64,000 nucleotides of DNA from Nitrospina sp. LS_NOB (GTDB lineage: Bacteria; Nitrospinota; Nitrospinia; Nitrospinales; VA-1). The position numbers were made by a program, and so were the translations under genes. The notes below the pieces were generated by a model that was given only the letters and a program-made list of their open reading frames with translations, was not told the DNA's origin and did not search any database. The stretch is from contig LFLA01000003.1 in the NCBI GenBank assembly GCA_001542995.1, positions 78,195-142,194 of the forward strand, in the 5' to 3' direction. Shown piece after piece: positions 48,076 to 56,917 of the stretch (positions are counted from its first letter, which is position 1; every line of letters starts with the position of its first letter).

Positions 48076-48140
48076 CAAGCCCACCCTATAATAATGTAAG
48101 ACTATACTGGAGTTTTAAAAGTTTCAAACAGGAGGGTACG

Positions 48141-48452
48141 ATGACGAGAATATCTCGAACAAGTTTATTGGGAATAATGTTGGTTTTATTTTGTTTTCTC
48201 ACTGGAGGCATTGCCTCAGCGGGAGATGCAGTCTCATTTTCCGGGATCGTTAAAAAAGTGATTGCGGATAAAAACAAGGTTGGGATTAAAGACCCTGAAA
48301 CTAAAAAACGGTTCACGGTGATCGTCAACGCAGAAACGAAACCGGATGGTCTTAAAACTTCAACCAGCTTGAAAAAGAAAGATAAGGTCGAAGGCAAATA
48401 TACCGTGACCGATGCCGGACTCTATGTTGCTCTGGAACTGGTGAAAAAATAA
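48141..48452 (+). CDS. Small secreted protein, hypothetical
   Basis: Strong SD (AGGAGG) and signal peptide ...GGIASA. 103 aa and Lys-rich. Confidence 0.55.
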   Translation: MTRISRTSLLGIMLVLFCFLTGGIASAGDAVSFSGIVKKVIADKNKVGIKDPETKKRFTVIVNAETKPDGLKTSTSLKKKDKVEGKYTVTDAGLYVALELVKK

Positions 48453-48454
48453 GG

Positions 48455-50074
48455 TCAATCATCTTCGTAGGGTGGGAGTGTTGTGAGGCGGGTGTCTTCC
48501 ACCGCCCCTCCAACCGTGAAATGATACAAGCTCTGATAGCTTCGGTTTTCAATGCCGAAGACATCGTGTACCGGATCATCAAAGAAGCACCCGATCCCCG
48601 TGCTGCGGATGCCGCTGACCTCTGCCTGCAGGTAAAGCATCTGCCCGATAGCCCCACATTCCCAATAAAGACGGGGATACATCCAGGGGCCATAGTTCAA
48701 GGATGCATTTTCAAAAGCGCTGATCATACCCAGGCTGAAGCAACCTTTTCCCGCGATTTCCTGTCCGCACGAAACGGAAGTGGCAATGCCTCGAACATCA
48801 CCCTCCTGCAATAAAAATAAGTCCAAGTTTTCGGGGCAATTTTCAGGTTTGGCCCAGACGAAATCTTTTTTCAACTTGGTTTTTAAGTCACTCAGATGAT
48901 TATTATTGCGCACCAAAAAATACAAGCCTTCTGCAAGACCGTCCACTCTATGGATAAAAAGTCCTAAATGGATTTGTGGGTCCCATGGAAAAGTTTGAAA
49001 AGGGAGAGGGCAAGCCTCTGGAATAGTTTTTGCCATAAACTGATAAAACGTTTCACTTGTAATCCGGGTCTTTCCGTCCATGGCAACGGCACTTCTCCGT
49101 TGATGAATGGCTTTCCTTATGGGAAAGGGATCCTCCTGCAAAAGGTCTGGCAGCGCTCCCCGTTTGAAATTTTGGGAGTTCTCTGTGTGCGGTTTTTGAG
49201 TAGCTTGTGAGACTTCCGTTATGCCGTGCCAATCCATATGGTCGTTGCTCAAAGTATTGGGTTCCCCCAGCCATTTCAAATCGGAAAAGCCAGCGACAAA
49301 ATCCCTGCTTTTTATAGTTATCACGTCTTCTTGAGGCGTGACAGCGATCAGACAATTTGGAACTTCAATCTCATCTGCATTCTTTTTATTTAATCCCAAA
49401 ACAATTTCCAGCTCTTCACCACCGAGATGGTCCATCAATTGAGTCCTCCAACCCAAAACTGCGCCCGCTATGTTTATGGCTGCCAAAGCATGACCCATAT
49501 CATGGTGACAGTATCTAAAAGCTCTTAGACCGTATTTCCATGCTTCTCTCCAATAAATAGAACTCAAACCGATGAAGAAGGTGTTTTCATGAAAACCCAT
49601 TTGCTTCCAGGTTTGATTTGAAAAGGTCGTTCGAATTTCCAATCCGTGAGTTCTGGGGCAGTAGTGGGAAACGGATGGAGAGCTGTTGATCCCCTCTATG
49701 GGGCCGCAGATTAAATAACCTTCTGTCGGATGCAGGTTTCCGCTTGAGGGATTAACCCGAAGAGCCCACTTCGATCCTTGAAAACTCTTCCATGCTGAAA
49801 TAGCAAGGCTGTCAAAGAACAACTGGGAGAGAGTTGTGAAATTTAAGGGAAAAGCTGGGATTTCTTTGGGCTGTAAAGCTTCGTAAAAAAGAGGTCCTTC
49901 ATTCAGGGAGATTTTTTTTAATTTAATTTTTTCTGTACCGTCATAACGACGGAATGGATCGGGTTGGTTTTCCCAATCCATATAACCGGGGCCGGGAGCC
50001 GACCTATGATAACCGTGCTTGGAGTATTGGTGGTACTGCTTGGTTTCATCCCAGTTAGACATAATTTTTAACAA
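48455..50074 (-). CDS. Two-lobed nitroreductase-fold protein (SagB/ThcOx-like dehydrogenase family)
   Basis: 539 aa. N-terminus ...YHQYSKHGYHRSAPGPGYMDWENQPDPFR, HQRRSAVAMDG in the second lobe, and C-terminus GIGCFFDD...LYHFTVGG. Confidence 0.7.
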   Translation of the reverse strand: MLKIMSNWDETKQYHQYSKHGYHRSAPGPGYMDWENQPDPFRRYDGTEKIKLKKISLNEGPLFYEALQPKEIPAFPLNFTTLSQLFFDSLAISAWKSFQGSKWALRVNPSSGNLHPTEGYLICGPIEGINSSPSVSHYCPRTHGLEIRTTFSNQTWKQMGFHENTFFIGLSSIYWREAWKYGLRAFRYCHHDMGHALAAINIAGAVLGWRTQLMDHLGGEELEIVLGLNKKNADEIEVPNCLIAVTPQEDVITIKSRDFVAGFSDLKWLGEPNTLSNDHMDWHGITEVSQATQKPHTENSQNFKRGALPDLLQEDPFPIRKAIHQRRSAVAMDGKTRITSETFYQFMAKTIPEACPLPFQTFPWDPQIHLGLFIHRVDGLAEGLYFLVRNNNHLSDLKTKLKKDFVWAKPENCPENLDLFLLQEGDVRGIATSVSCGQEIAGKGCFSLGMISAFENASLNYGPWMYPRLYWECGAIGQMLYLQAEVSGIRSTGIGCFFDDPVHDVFGIENRSYQSLYHFTVGGAVEDTRLTTLPPYEDD

Positions 50075-50234
50075 GATGGATTGATGAAGAAGAGAGATAG
50101 AATTCTTGGTCAGAGGACTTTCGGTCAGAAAATAAGTTCTTTCCCAATTATAGCGGGGAAGTCGATATACAATGGAAGAGAAAAGGGGATTCGGGGGTGG
50201 AAACTTTTTGTGATTCCAGAAATATGGGTTGAGG

Positions 50235-51932
50235 TCAACGCAATCGGTGCAAGACGGCCATCACATCCTGGAATCTAGGGAGGGCTAGGAGGCCATTGTT
50301 GAAAGGCGTGATCGATTCCAGTTCGCCATTTTCAATCTTTTCGAGAATGTCTTCAATCGCATCCCTGTTGGACACACGGGGATCAGTCTGCTGTAGGTCT
50401 TTAAGTTGTTTCAGAATCCAGCCGCAGAGTTCCAGTTGTCCCGGTTCGACAAGGTGTTCGACATAGCGCACATCGATCTCGGTGCGCCCCAGAATAAGTG
50501 CGATCAAACCTTGAGTTTGAATCACATAAGGCTTTTTGCCTCGGCTAAAATCCAATGCAGATAAATTGCGGCTTCTCATTGGCACTTTGGGAAGCGGTGC
50601 GCTGGTTTCGGTTTTGCGACTGCCTGGGTTGTCCCGAACAATCTGTTTTGCTTTTGCCGTTACCAGTCGGGGTTGAAATGAATCCATGGCGATGACCTGA
50701 TCGACCGTATCAAAATAATCCCCGCTTCCTCCCATCACCAGAAGGGTGCTGACTCCGAAATCCTTATGCAATTCTTCAATCCGATCAACCAGTGGCGTGA
50801 TTGGTTCCTGATCGGAGGCGATCAGGGTCTGCATTCTGGCGTCACGGATCATAAAATTGGTGGCGCAGGTGTCTTCATCCATAAGGAGAAGGGAAGAGCC
50901 AGACTCAATGGCTTCGAGAATATTTACCGCTTGCGAGGTGGAGCCGCTGGCCGAGACGGTGGAGAAATTTTCCGTCGATGGAATGAGTGGCAGATTGTCC
51001 ATGAATCCGGATACGTTGATCGGCTGGACGGAGCGACCGTCCTCAGCCCGAATTTTTACCGCCGTGGATTGGGTGGCGATGCGTTCTCGTCCGTCTCCTG
51101 TTACATGCGGGTAGACCGCATCCTGAATGGCTTTCAGCAAAGTGCTTTTGCCGTGGAACCCGCCTCCCACGATCAGGGTGATTCCCAACGGAACAGGCAT
51201 GCCGCGAATTTTTCCGCCATGTGGCAGTTGTACTTCGGCGCTGAGTTCTTTTGGTGCGGAGAAAAGCACTCCTCCATTTTTAAGCGGCAGGTCGCTGATG
51301 CCTGAGGCGCGGGGAAGCAGCGATCCGTCTGCCACAAAACTGGCCCAGTGATTTTGGCTTAACAACTGGCTCAACGTGGAATAGTCTTCCAGAGTTTCGA
51401 GGGCTTGTTGCACTTTATTCAGGTCGAGGGATTTAGCCAGCAGGCATTCTTCCCAGACCGGAGGCAGGACTTCGGAAAAAAGTTTGACGCATTCTTCGGC
51501 CAGCACCCTGCGCCCATCTCCTGGGAGCCCGGCGAACAGGGTCAGGATCAAAACGCCATTTTTAATTTGCATGCCGCTTCGGCGAATTATTTTTTGTCCC
51601 GGTGATTGCACGGCGATTTCGCCGCTTCGCCCGGAACCTGTGATCCTGCCCCGGCATTGCTGGACACGGCGGTCCACCTCTCTTAAGAGATAGTCTTCGA
51701 GAGCCAGTTTTCTTAAAGGGCTTTTAGTGTGCGCTTTTGCAAATCCGGCGGAAGGAAGCTCGATCCTTATAGATAACCGCGAAGGTGCGGCAAAAGGATC
51801 ACCCTGCACATGTTCAAAGGTGAGTTGAAACAGGCCAAAGGCGAAGCTTTTGCCCTGCAGGCTTTTATAGGCTTTGTAACCTTTGCCATCCAGAGGTGTG
51901 ATCTGGTTTATGAGTTCTTTTGGGGCCGGCAT
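50235..51932 (-). CDS. Predicted ABC-class ATPase (ABC_ATPase/PF09818-like), function unknown
   Basis: N-terminus LDGKGYKAYKSLQG...FEHVQGDPFAAPS, Walker A GGGFHGKSTLL and Walker B SLLLMDEDT. Confidence 0.75.
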   Translation of the reverse strand: MPAPKELINQITPLDGKGYKAYKSLQGKSFAFGLFQLTFEHVQGDPFAAPSRLSIRIELPSAGFAKAHTKSPLRKLALEDYLLREVDRRVQQCRGRITGSGRSGEIAVQSPGQKIIRRSGMQIKNGVLILTLFAGLPGDGRRVLAEECVKLFSEVLPPVWEECLLAKSLDLNKVQQALETLEDYSTLSQLLSQNHWASFVADGSLLPRASGISDLPLKNGGVLFSAPKELSAEVQLPHGGKIRGMPVPLGITLIVGGGFHGKSTLLKAIQDAVYPHVTGDGRERIATQSTAVKIRAEDGRSVQPINVSGFMDNLPLIPSTENFSTVSASGSTSQAVNILEAIESGSSLLLMDEDTCATNFMIRDARMQTLIASDQEPITPLVDRIEELHKDFGVSTLLVMGGSGDYFDTVDQVIAMDSFQPRLVTAKAKQIVRDNPGSRKTETSAPLPKVPMRSRNLSALDFSRGKKPYVIQTQGLIALILGRTEIDVRYVEHLVEPGQLELCGWILKQLKDLQQTDPRVSNRDAIEDILEKIENGELESITPFNNGLLALPRFQDVMAVLHRLR

Positions 51933-52831
51933 GGCTGGGTATAGTGTCCTGCAAAACCTTGAGCCGAAACTCCTACGGGAAGATAATTGCGGGCAATATT
52001 GACGATATGGTCTCGGTATGGAAGGCGGACCGAATCTTCCTGGACCTGGCTCATGGCTAAAGGGAGACGGGTTTTTAAAGTCCGCGAACCTTCGGCGGTT
52101 CCATCGCCTTCTATAAAATGATCGATGATGACTGCGGAAGCTCCGGCATTTTTCAGACGTTCAAAAAAACGTTGTGGATTTTCCAACGGGTATAAGGGCG
52201 ATAGGCAGGCCACGGTTTTGAGGCCTTGGGCTGACAGTTGTTCCAGAGCGGAAATCCGTTTCTCAATACTACACGGGGGAGGCGGCAGCCCGGGCAGGCG
52301 ATTCCTGTCCCCTTCTATAGAAATGTGGATTCTGAGCGAGCAGAGTCGGGAGAGTTCCAGCAGGAGTTTTTGATCGTCCAGAATGCTTGCACTGTGGGTT
52401 TGCAGGATCAATGTGTCGGGCGGGCAGGTCGTCATGGCCTGAAGGACAGCTCGGGTCACCCGGTATTTTTTTTCAGCGGGTTGCCAGGGGTCGGTGGCAC
52501 TGGACATGAAAATCGTGAAAGGGATGGAACGTTGATGGGCCCAGTTTTTTCCCCTTTGTGCCGATTGTAGGTACAAATCTGAAGCGTTGACCTTAACATC
52601 GACAAATTTGCCCCACTCACGGCCTCGTGTCAGCCAATGATTAAAGCGGACATAGCAACCTTCACCGCAGGAGGAAAGGCCGTAGCCGCAACCGCTATAC
52701 GGATTCAGCGAGTGCGAGCAGACTTCCTTGAGATAGCCGCTTGCGCGGGTCAACAGGGTTTTGCTTTGAATCAGGTTAATCTCTTTACTCAAAGGAAGGT
52801 TGGGGTATGTCTGTGAGTCAGAGGGTTTCAT
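51908..52831 (-). CDS. SplB/COG1533-like radical-SAM-fold protein with atypical Cys spacing
   Basis: SLNPYSGCGYGLSSCGEGCY (C48-x6-C55-x3-C59) and SSATDPWQP. It overlaps the downstream ATPase gene by 25 nt. Confidence 0.6.
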   Translation of the reverse strand: MKPSDSQTYPNLPLSKEINLIQSKTLLTRASGYLKEVCSHSLNPYSGCGYGLSSCGEGCYVRFNHWLTRGREWGKFVDVKVNASDLYLQSAQRGKNWAHQRSIPFTIFMSSATDPWQPAEKKYRVTRAVLQAMTTCPPDTLILQTHSASILDDQKLLLELSRLCSLRIHISIEGDRNRLPGLPPPPCSIEKRISALEQLSAQGLKTVACLSPLYPLENPQRFFERLKNAGASAVIIDHFIEGDGTAEGSRTLKTRLPLAMSQVQEDSVRLPYRDHIVNIARNYLPVGVSAQGFAGHYTQPCRPQKNS

Positions 52832-52886
52832 TCCACTTGACCGATCCCAGGTTCATTTTGAAATTGTGGCCGACGCGATAAACACT

Positions 52887-53264
52887 TCATAAGCCCCTGT
52901 ATCCTTGTTGGCCTCTGCGACTGCCCATTTGCGGTGGGGAGTCTTCCAGGTCCCATATCCAAACCTGTCGGTGATCGGTCTTGGTCAGAGTCAAATAACT
53001 GCGATCTTCCCCAAAAAAACTGTCCGTATAGGGTCAGGGAGTATTCGCCCTCGCAGAAATAACTTGTTGCCTCCCGGAGGTCTGGGGTGTCTTGGCCTTT
53101 TTTAATATAAAAAACTTTTTACAGTTGCGACCTTGGCTGAACAGGGCTTCGGGATCCGACATCTCCTTTAGCAGTATCAGTTTGGTTCTGGTTTCTTCTG
53201 CCCAATTGACACTGGGAAAACCAAAAGCTACTATCATCAGAACCCAAATGGCTTTTATAGTCAT
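52887..53264 (-). pseudogene. Possible small secreted-protein gene interrupted by an in-frame TGA or two compensating 1-nt indels
   Basis: MTIKAIWVLMIVAFGFPSVNWA signal-like start. The ORF frame stops at 53034-36 but resumes open in the same frame to 52887. A more protein-like middle (KVFYIKKGQDTPDLREATSYFCEGEYSLTLYGQFF) is in another frame, between the T5 run 53116-20 and the A7 run 53013-19 (plus-strand coordinates). Confidence 0.3.
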
Positions 53265-53468
53265 TGCGAAAATATTTAAAGAATCCTCTAATAATTGCTG
53301 GGGCTTTATAAGCCGCCATTCCTTAATCATTTTATCATTTTTTGCCGAACTGCGGTATTCTCTCTGCCTGCCTCCTGTTTGTGGAGGCAAAAACCAGGCT
53401 TTTTACTGGGGCTCGAGGAGTTTGACTGTTGTTGATATGGCATCTCGCTGGAATCGATGGTTTGAATT

Positions 53469-53727
53469 ATGGAACAAGAAACAAAAACTAAAAAAGATCC
53501 TTCCCTGATATATTTGGTTGTCGGCTTGGTCCTATCGGGATTGATCTTTGTGATTGATACCCAGATCCCTCTCGGGATTAAGGAGGTTCCCTCACTGAGA
53601 TTGGCAAAGAGTTATCCCTGAGCGTCAAAACATCAGCACGCATCGTTCCAGGATTCTGGAGAAAATGCAAATGAAGAAAAATGCTGAGTTGATCCATTAC
53701 GCGATTTCGCAACGGCTTATTCAATAA
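53469..53727 (+). pseudogene. Remnant of a LuxR/FixJ-family HTH protein (internal deletion plus frameshift)
   Basis: An ATG ORF gives MEQETKTKKDPSLIYLVVGLVLSGLIFVIDTQIPLGI (sensor-like TM start). LTEIGKELSLSVKT follows in a second frame and STHRSRILEKMQMKKNAELIHYAISQRLIQ* in a third. Together these make the C-terminal half of a LuxR HTH. Confidence 0.5.
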
Positions 53728-53940
53728 GACTTTTCAGCTTAGCTCCCTCCCGACCCTCGGCAAATATGATCCCTACCTAACCATAGGATAAAAACTTGGA
53801 GGGAATACCCTTATTAAAAATAAGGTTTTGCGCCTATATCTACGACCAGCCCTATCCATTAAACTTCTCGGAAAATCGGATATTAAAAAATAGTCCGTTG
53901 CACGCGAGTGCTTTTAATAAACAAAACTAATGAGAGGGTT

Positions 53941-54342
53941 ATGAAAAAGATTTTCGCTTTAACGGCACTATTTATCGCAGGTCTGGCGTTTTCCGTCAAC
54001 GCGGCACAGATCAGCAATGGCCAAACAGCAAAATGTAACGATGCAAAAAGCATCACACTGGAAACCGCAGGTGTGCCTAATTCTGTTGGCAGCGACGGCT
54101 ACACCAACAATGATCGTGGTAGCGCTAACTTGAGCTTGTGGAAGTCCTCCAACTTTACCACAATTCCTATCACTTTAGGACCGAACGACAATAATGCCAG
54201 TCTAAACGGTACCGATGGTGGAAGAACCGGTCTGCCCCAGAGAGGCGGAATGGGTAAACACAAAGTGACCCTCGTTTCTCAGCCATATTTTAGCCGTGGC
54301 GACTCCATTGGTGATATCAATGGATTAGTTAAGATCACTTGA
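53941..54342 (+). CDS. Secreted Asn/Gly/Ser-rich protein, hypothetical
   Basis: The ATG at 53941 follows GAGAGGG. Signal peptide MKKIFALTALFIAGLAFSVNA. I recognise no family. Confidence 0.55.
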   Translation: MKKIFALTALFIAGLAFSVNAAQISNGQTAKCNDAKSITLETAGVPNSVGSDGYTNNDRGSANLSLWKSSNFTTIPITLGPNDNNASLNGTDGGRTGLPQRGGMGKHKVTLVSQPYFSRGDSIGDINGLVKIT

Positions 54343-54453
54343 GCGATTCATCGCGCCCTGCTGATTGCGCTTAATTTTTCCCAGCTAATTTGTTACCCTT
54401 AGCCGTTTCTTACACCCTCGGATAATAGAAGGTCTTTTTTGTAGAGAGAAAAA

Positions 54454-55857
54454 ATGAGTGAACCCATCAAAGTTCGTTTTGCGCCCAGTCCAACCGGGTT
54501 TTTACATATCGGTGGGGTGAGGACGGCCCTGTTCAACTGGTTGTTCGCCCGCCACCATGGCGGTCAGTTCGTTTTACGCATTGAAGATACGGACCATGAG
54601 CGCTCGACGGAAGAATCGATCACTGAAATTCTCGAATCCATGCGGTGGCTGGGGCTGGACTGGGACGAAGGTCCGTACCGGCAAACCGAGCGGCAGCAAC
54701 TTTATTCCGAAAAGGTCGATCAGCTTTTCAAGGAAGGCAAAGCCTACCGTTGCACCTGCACGCCGGAAGAGTTAGACCAAAAACGTAGCGAAGCTCAGAA
54801 AAAAGGACTCAAACCCAAATATGACGGAACCTGCCGGGAACGAACCGACCAGCCAGAAGGGGCTCCATCCGTGATCCGGTTCAAGGCACCGCTTGAGGGT
54901 TCAGTGGTGGTGGAAGATATGTTGCGCGGTAAGGTGGTGTTTGACATTGCCGAACTGGACGACCTGATTCTGCTGAGGACCGACGGTTCTCCTACCTATA
55001 ACTTTGTCGTCGTGGTCGATGATGCCGACATGGGAATCACCCACGTGGTACGCGGGGACGACCATCTTTCCAATACGCCGCGACAATGTTTGTTGTATGA
55101 CGCCTTAGGCTTTCCCCGGCCCCGGTTCGCCCATATTTCCATGATCCTGGGGCAGGACAAGGCTCGCCTGAGCAAGCGTCATGGAGCGACTTCGGTGCTG
55201 GCTTACCGGGACATGGGTTACCTGCCTGCTGCCATCATCAATTATCTGGCCAGGTTGGGTTGGTCGCATGGCGATCAGGAAATCTTTTCACGCGAAGAAA
55301 TGATCCAGCATTTTTCCTTCGACTCGGTGCATACCTCGGCAGCGGTGTTTGATCCCGACAAGCTTTCCTGGCTGAATGAACATTATATAAAGACCACCCC
55401 GCCGGAAGAACTGGCTCGGCATTTGGAGCCGTTTCTTATCCGTTCTGGAATCCTTGAAGAAGGTCACGGTCTGGACTTTGCGGAAATCGCCAGGGTTATC
55501 CCGTCCTTGAACCAGCGCGCCAAAACTCTTGTGGAGATGGCAGAAAAGTCAGCCTTCTATTTTAAAAAAGAAGTTGAGTTTGATGAAAAGGCGAAGGCCA
55601 AGTTTCTCACCGGTGAGGCAAAACCGTTACTGGAAAAAGCCATTTCCGGACTTTCCCAGTTGGATAACTTTTCTGCAGAAGAGATTGAGGCTCTGTTCAA
55701 GAAAGTTGTGGAAGAAGAGGGGACGAAGCTCGGCAAGCTGGCGCAACCGGTTCGTGTGGCCCTCACCGGCACCACCGTGAGCCCCGGAATTTATGACGTC
55801 ATTCTGCTTCTGGGAAAAGAAGAAACCCTAAAGCGATTAAACCATGTCCTTCCATAG
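54454..55857 (+). CDS. gltX: Glutamate--tRNA ligase
   Basis: [14 protein letters not shown] (HIGH motif) and RLSKRHG (KMSKS motif). 467 aa. Confidence 0.97.
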   Translation: MSEPIKVRFAPSPTGFLHIGGVRTALFNWLFARHHGGQFVLRIEDTDHERSTEESITEILESMRWLGLDWDEGPYRQTERQQLYSEKVDQLFKEGKAYRCTCTPEELDQKRSEAQKKGLKPKYDGTCRERTDQPEGAPSVIRFKAPLEGSVVVEDMLRGKVVFDIAELDDLILLRTDGSPTYNFVVVVDDADMGITHVVRGDDHLSNTPRQCLLYDALGFPRPRFAHISMILGQDKARLSKRHGATSVLAYRDMGYLPAAIINYLARLGWSHGDQEIFSREEMIQHFSFDSVHTSAAVFDPDKLSWLNEHYIKTTPPEELARHLEPFLIRSGILEEGHGLDFAEIARVIPSLNQRAKTLVEMAEKSAFYFKKEVEFDEKAKAKFLTGEAKPLLEKAISGLSQLDNFSAEEIEALFKKVVEEEGTKLGKLAQPVRVALTGTTVSPGIYDVILLLGKEETLKRLNHVLP

Positions 55858-55952
55858 AAGGCTGGTTTCTGGTCAGAATGTGAGCAATTGCTGGCAGGTC
55901 TAACCCGGATGTTGCATAAACAAATGAGTAAGGAGTAGATTATATATATTGG

Positions 55953-56039
55953 TCCCCCTCACCCTAACCTTCTCCCTCCAGGGGAGAAGGAACTTTTTGC
56001 TCCCTCGCCCTTGAAGGGAGAGGGCTGGGGTGAGGGTGG
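55953..56039. repeat. Nested palindromic element (5' flank of the AT-rich islet)
   Basis: Outer arms ccctcaccctaacc...ctggggtgagggtgg. Inner hairpins ttctccc-tcca-ggggagaa and ctccctcgccc-ttga-agggagaggg. Confidence 0.7.
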
Positions 56040-56145
56040 TTTTATAGTATTTTCTAAATCCCGAATAAAATACTCATGCAATACCTAGCTAGATTTGAGG
56101 TTCACAAATTCCAAAATGTAATAACTGTGACCATTAGTTTTTGGA

Positions 56146-56700
56146 ATGACACAGTGGAGAGGTGAAAAAATAGCTGAAGTAAATGAAGAAATACTTGAGC
56201 AATACCTAAAGGTTGTAAAAAAGTGGTTCTATGTAACTGATATTGGATTCGTTGTTCCAAGAAACTACAGTAATATTGATGTTCTTGGCTATGGCCACAT
56301 CAAATATAAATATTACGATTTTGAAGTAAAATACAGGTCTGCATATTCTCTTGCCAATAACGGCGAGGACATATTTTATTTGGTCCAGCAGTTTACTAAA
56401 TTCAAAGAGCAGAGAGAAGAAAAACTAAAAGAATATATTGGTAAAAATAAGTCCGTAAAAGTTGTGGTTACCACGCACAAAATGATGGGGAAAAAAATAA
56501 AGAAGAGAAATGAGATGGAAAAGTCTTTTAAGGATGCCATGAAAAAGGAAGGCTTCCATAGATCTGAGATTTGGTACTTTGATAATATGATTCCTGAGCT
56601 CGTTGAGGCAGTCCCTGAAAAGGGTAAATACAATACTCAACTACTTCAGACAATAAGAATGTTGAAAATTTATAGGGCCAAAGAGATGCCAGTACAGTAA
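56146..56700 (+). CDS. Hypothetical protein with a PD-(D/E)xK nuclease-like core, in an AT-rich islet
   Basis: 184 aa. Acidic helix EVNEEILEQY, a beta-strand WFYVTDIGFVV, D45 in NIDVLGY, and E60-x-K62 in YYDFEVKY. The C-terminus is Lys-rich. GC is visibly lower than in the flanks. Confidence 0.5.
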   Translation: MTQWRGEKIAEVNEEILEQYLKVVKKWFYVTDIGFVVPRNYSNIDVLGYGHIKYKYYDFEVKYRSAYSLANNGEDIFYLVQQFTKFKEQREEKLKEYIGKNKSVKVVVTTHKMMGKKIKKRNEMEKSFKDAMKKEGFHRSEIWYFDNMIPELVEAVPEKGKYNTQLLQTIRMLKIYRAKEMPVQ

Positions 56701-56789
56701 TAAAATCCACTTCTTTTCACAATGACTTTGTCTTGAAACGGCAGGACATTAGTTGAAATATAGCCGAGGTACGAAGTGGTCAAAAACAA

Positions 56790-56855
56790 ATCTCCCCAAC
56801 CCCCTTCGTAGAAGGGGGAGCTTCAATGAACCCCTCTTTTTTAAAGAGGGGCTGG
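56790..56855. repeat. Twin-hairpin element (3' flank of the AT-rich islet)
   Basis: cccccttc-gta-gaaggggg and cccctcttt-ttt-aaagagggg. Confidence 0.6.
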
Positions 56856-56917
56856 TGTGATTTACAACTTGTCATAATATTCAGGTTCGTGTTCACCTGG
56901 GTTGCGGAGGTTCCCCG

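Noticed and set aside
53034-53036. In-frame TGA as a selenocysteine codon
   Set aside because: I saw no stable SECIS-like stem-loop within about 40 nt downstream, and there is no Cys-containing redox motif around the site. I keep it only as a minor alternative in the finding.
53092-53508. 138-aa plus-strand ORF
   Set aside because: The composition is not protein-like (Ser/Leu/Phe-rich, no motifs). It is antisense to the better-supported signal-peptide ORF and runs into the regulator remnant.
53898-53913. Sigma54-type promoter (TTGCACgcgagTGCTT) upstream of the secreted Asn/Gly-rich protein gene
   Set aside because: The invariant GG of the -24 element is TG here, and the -12 spacing fits only with a mismatch. 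That is too weak to call.
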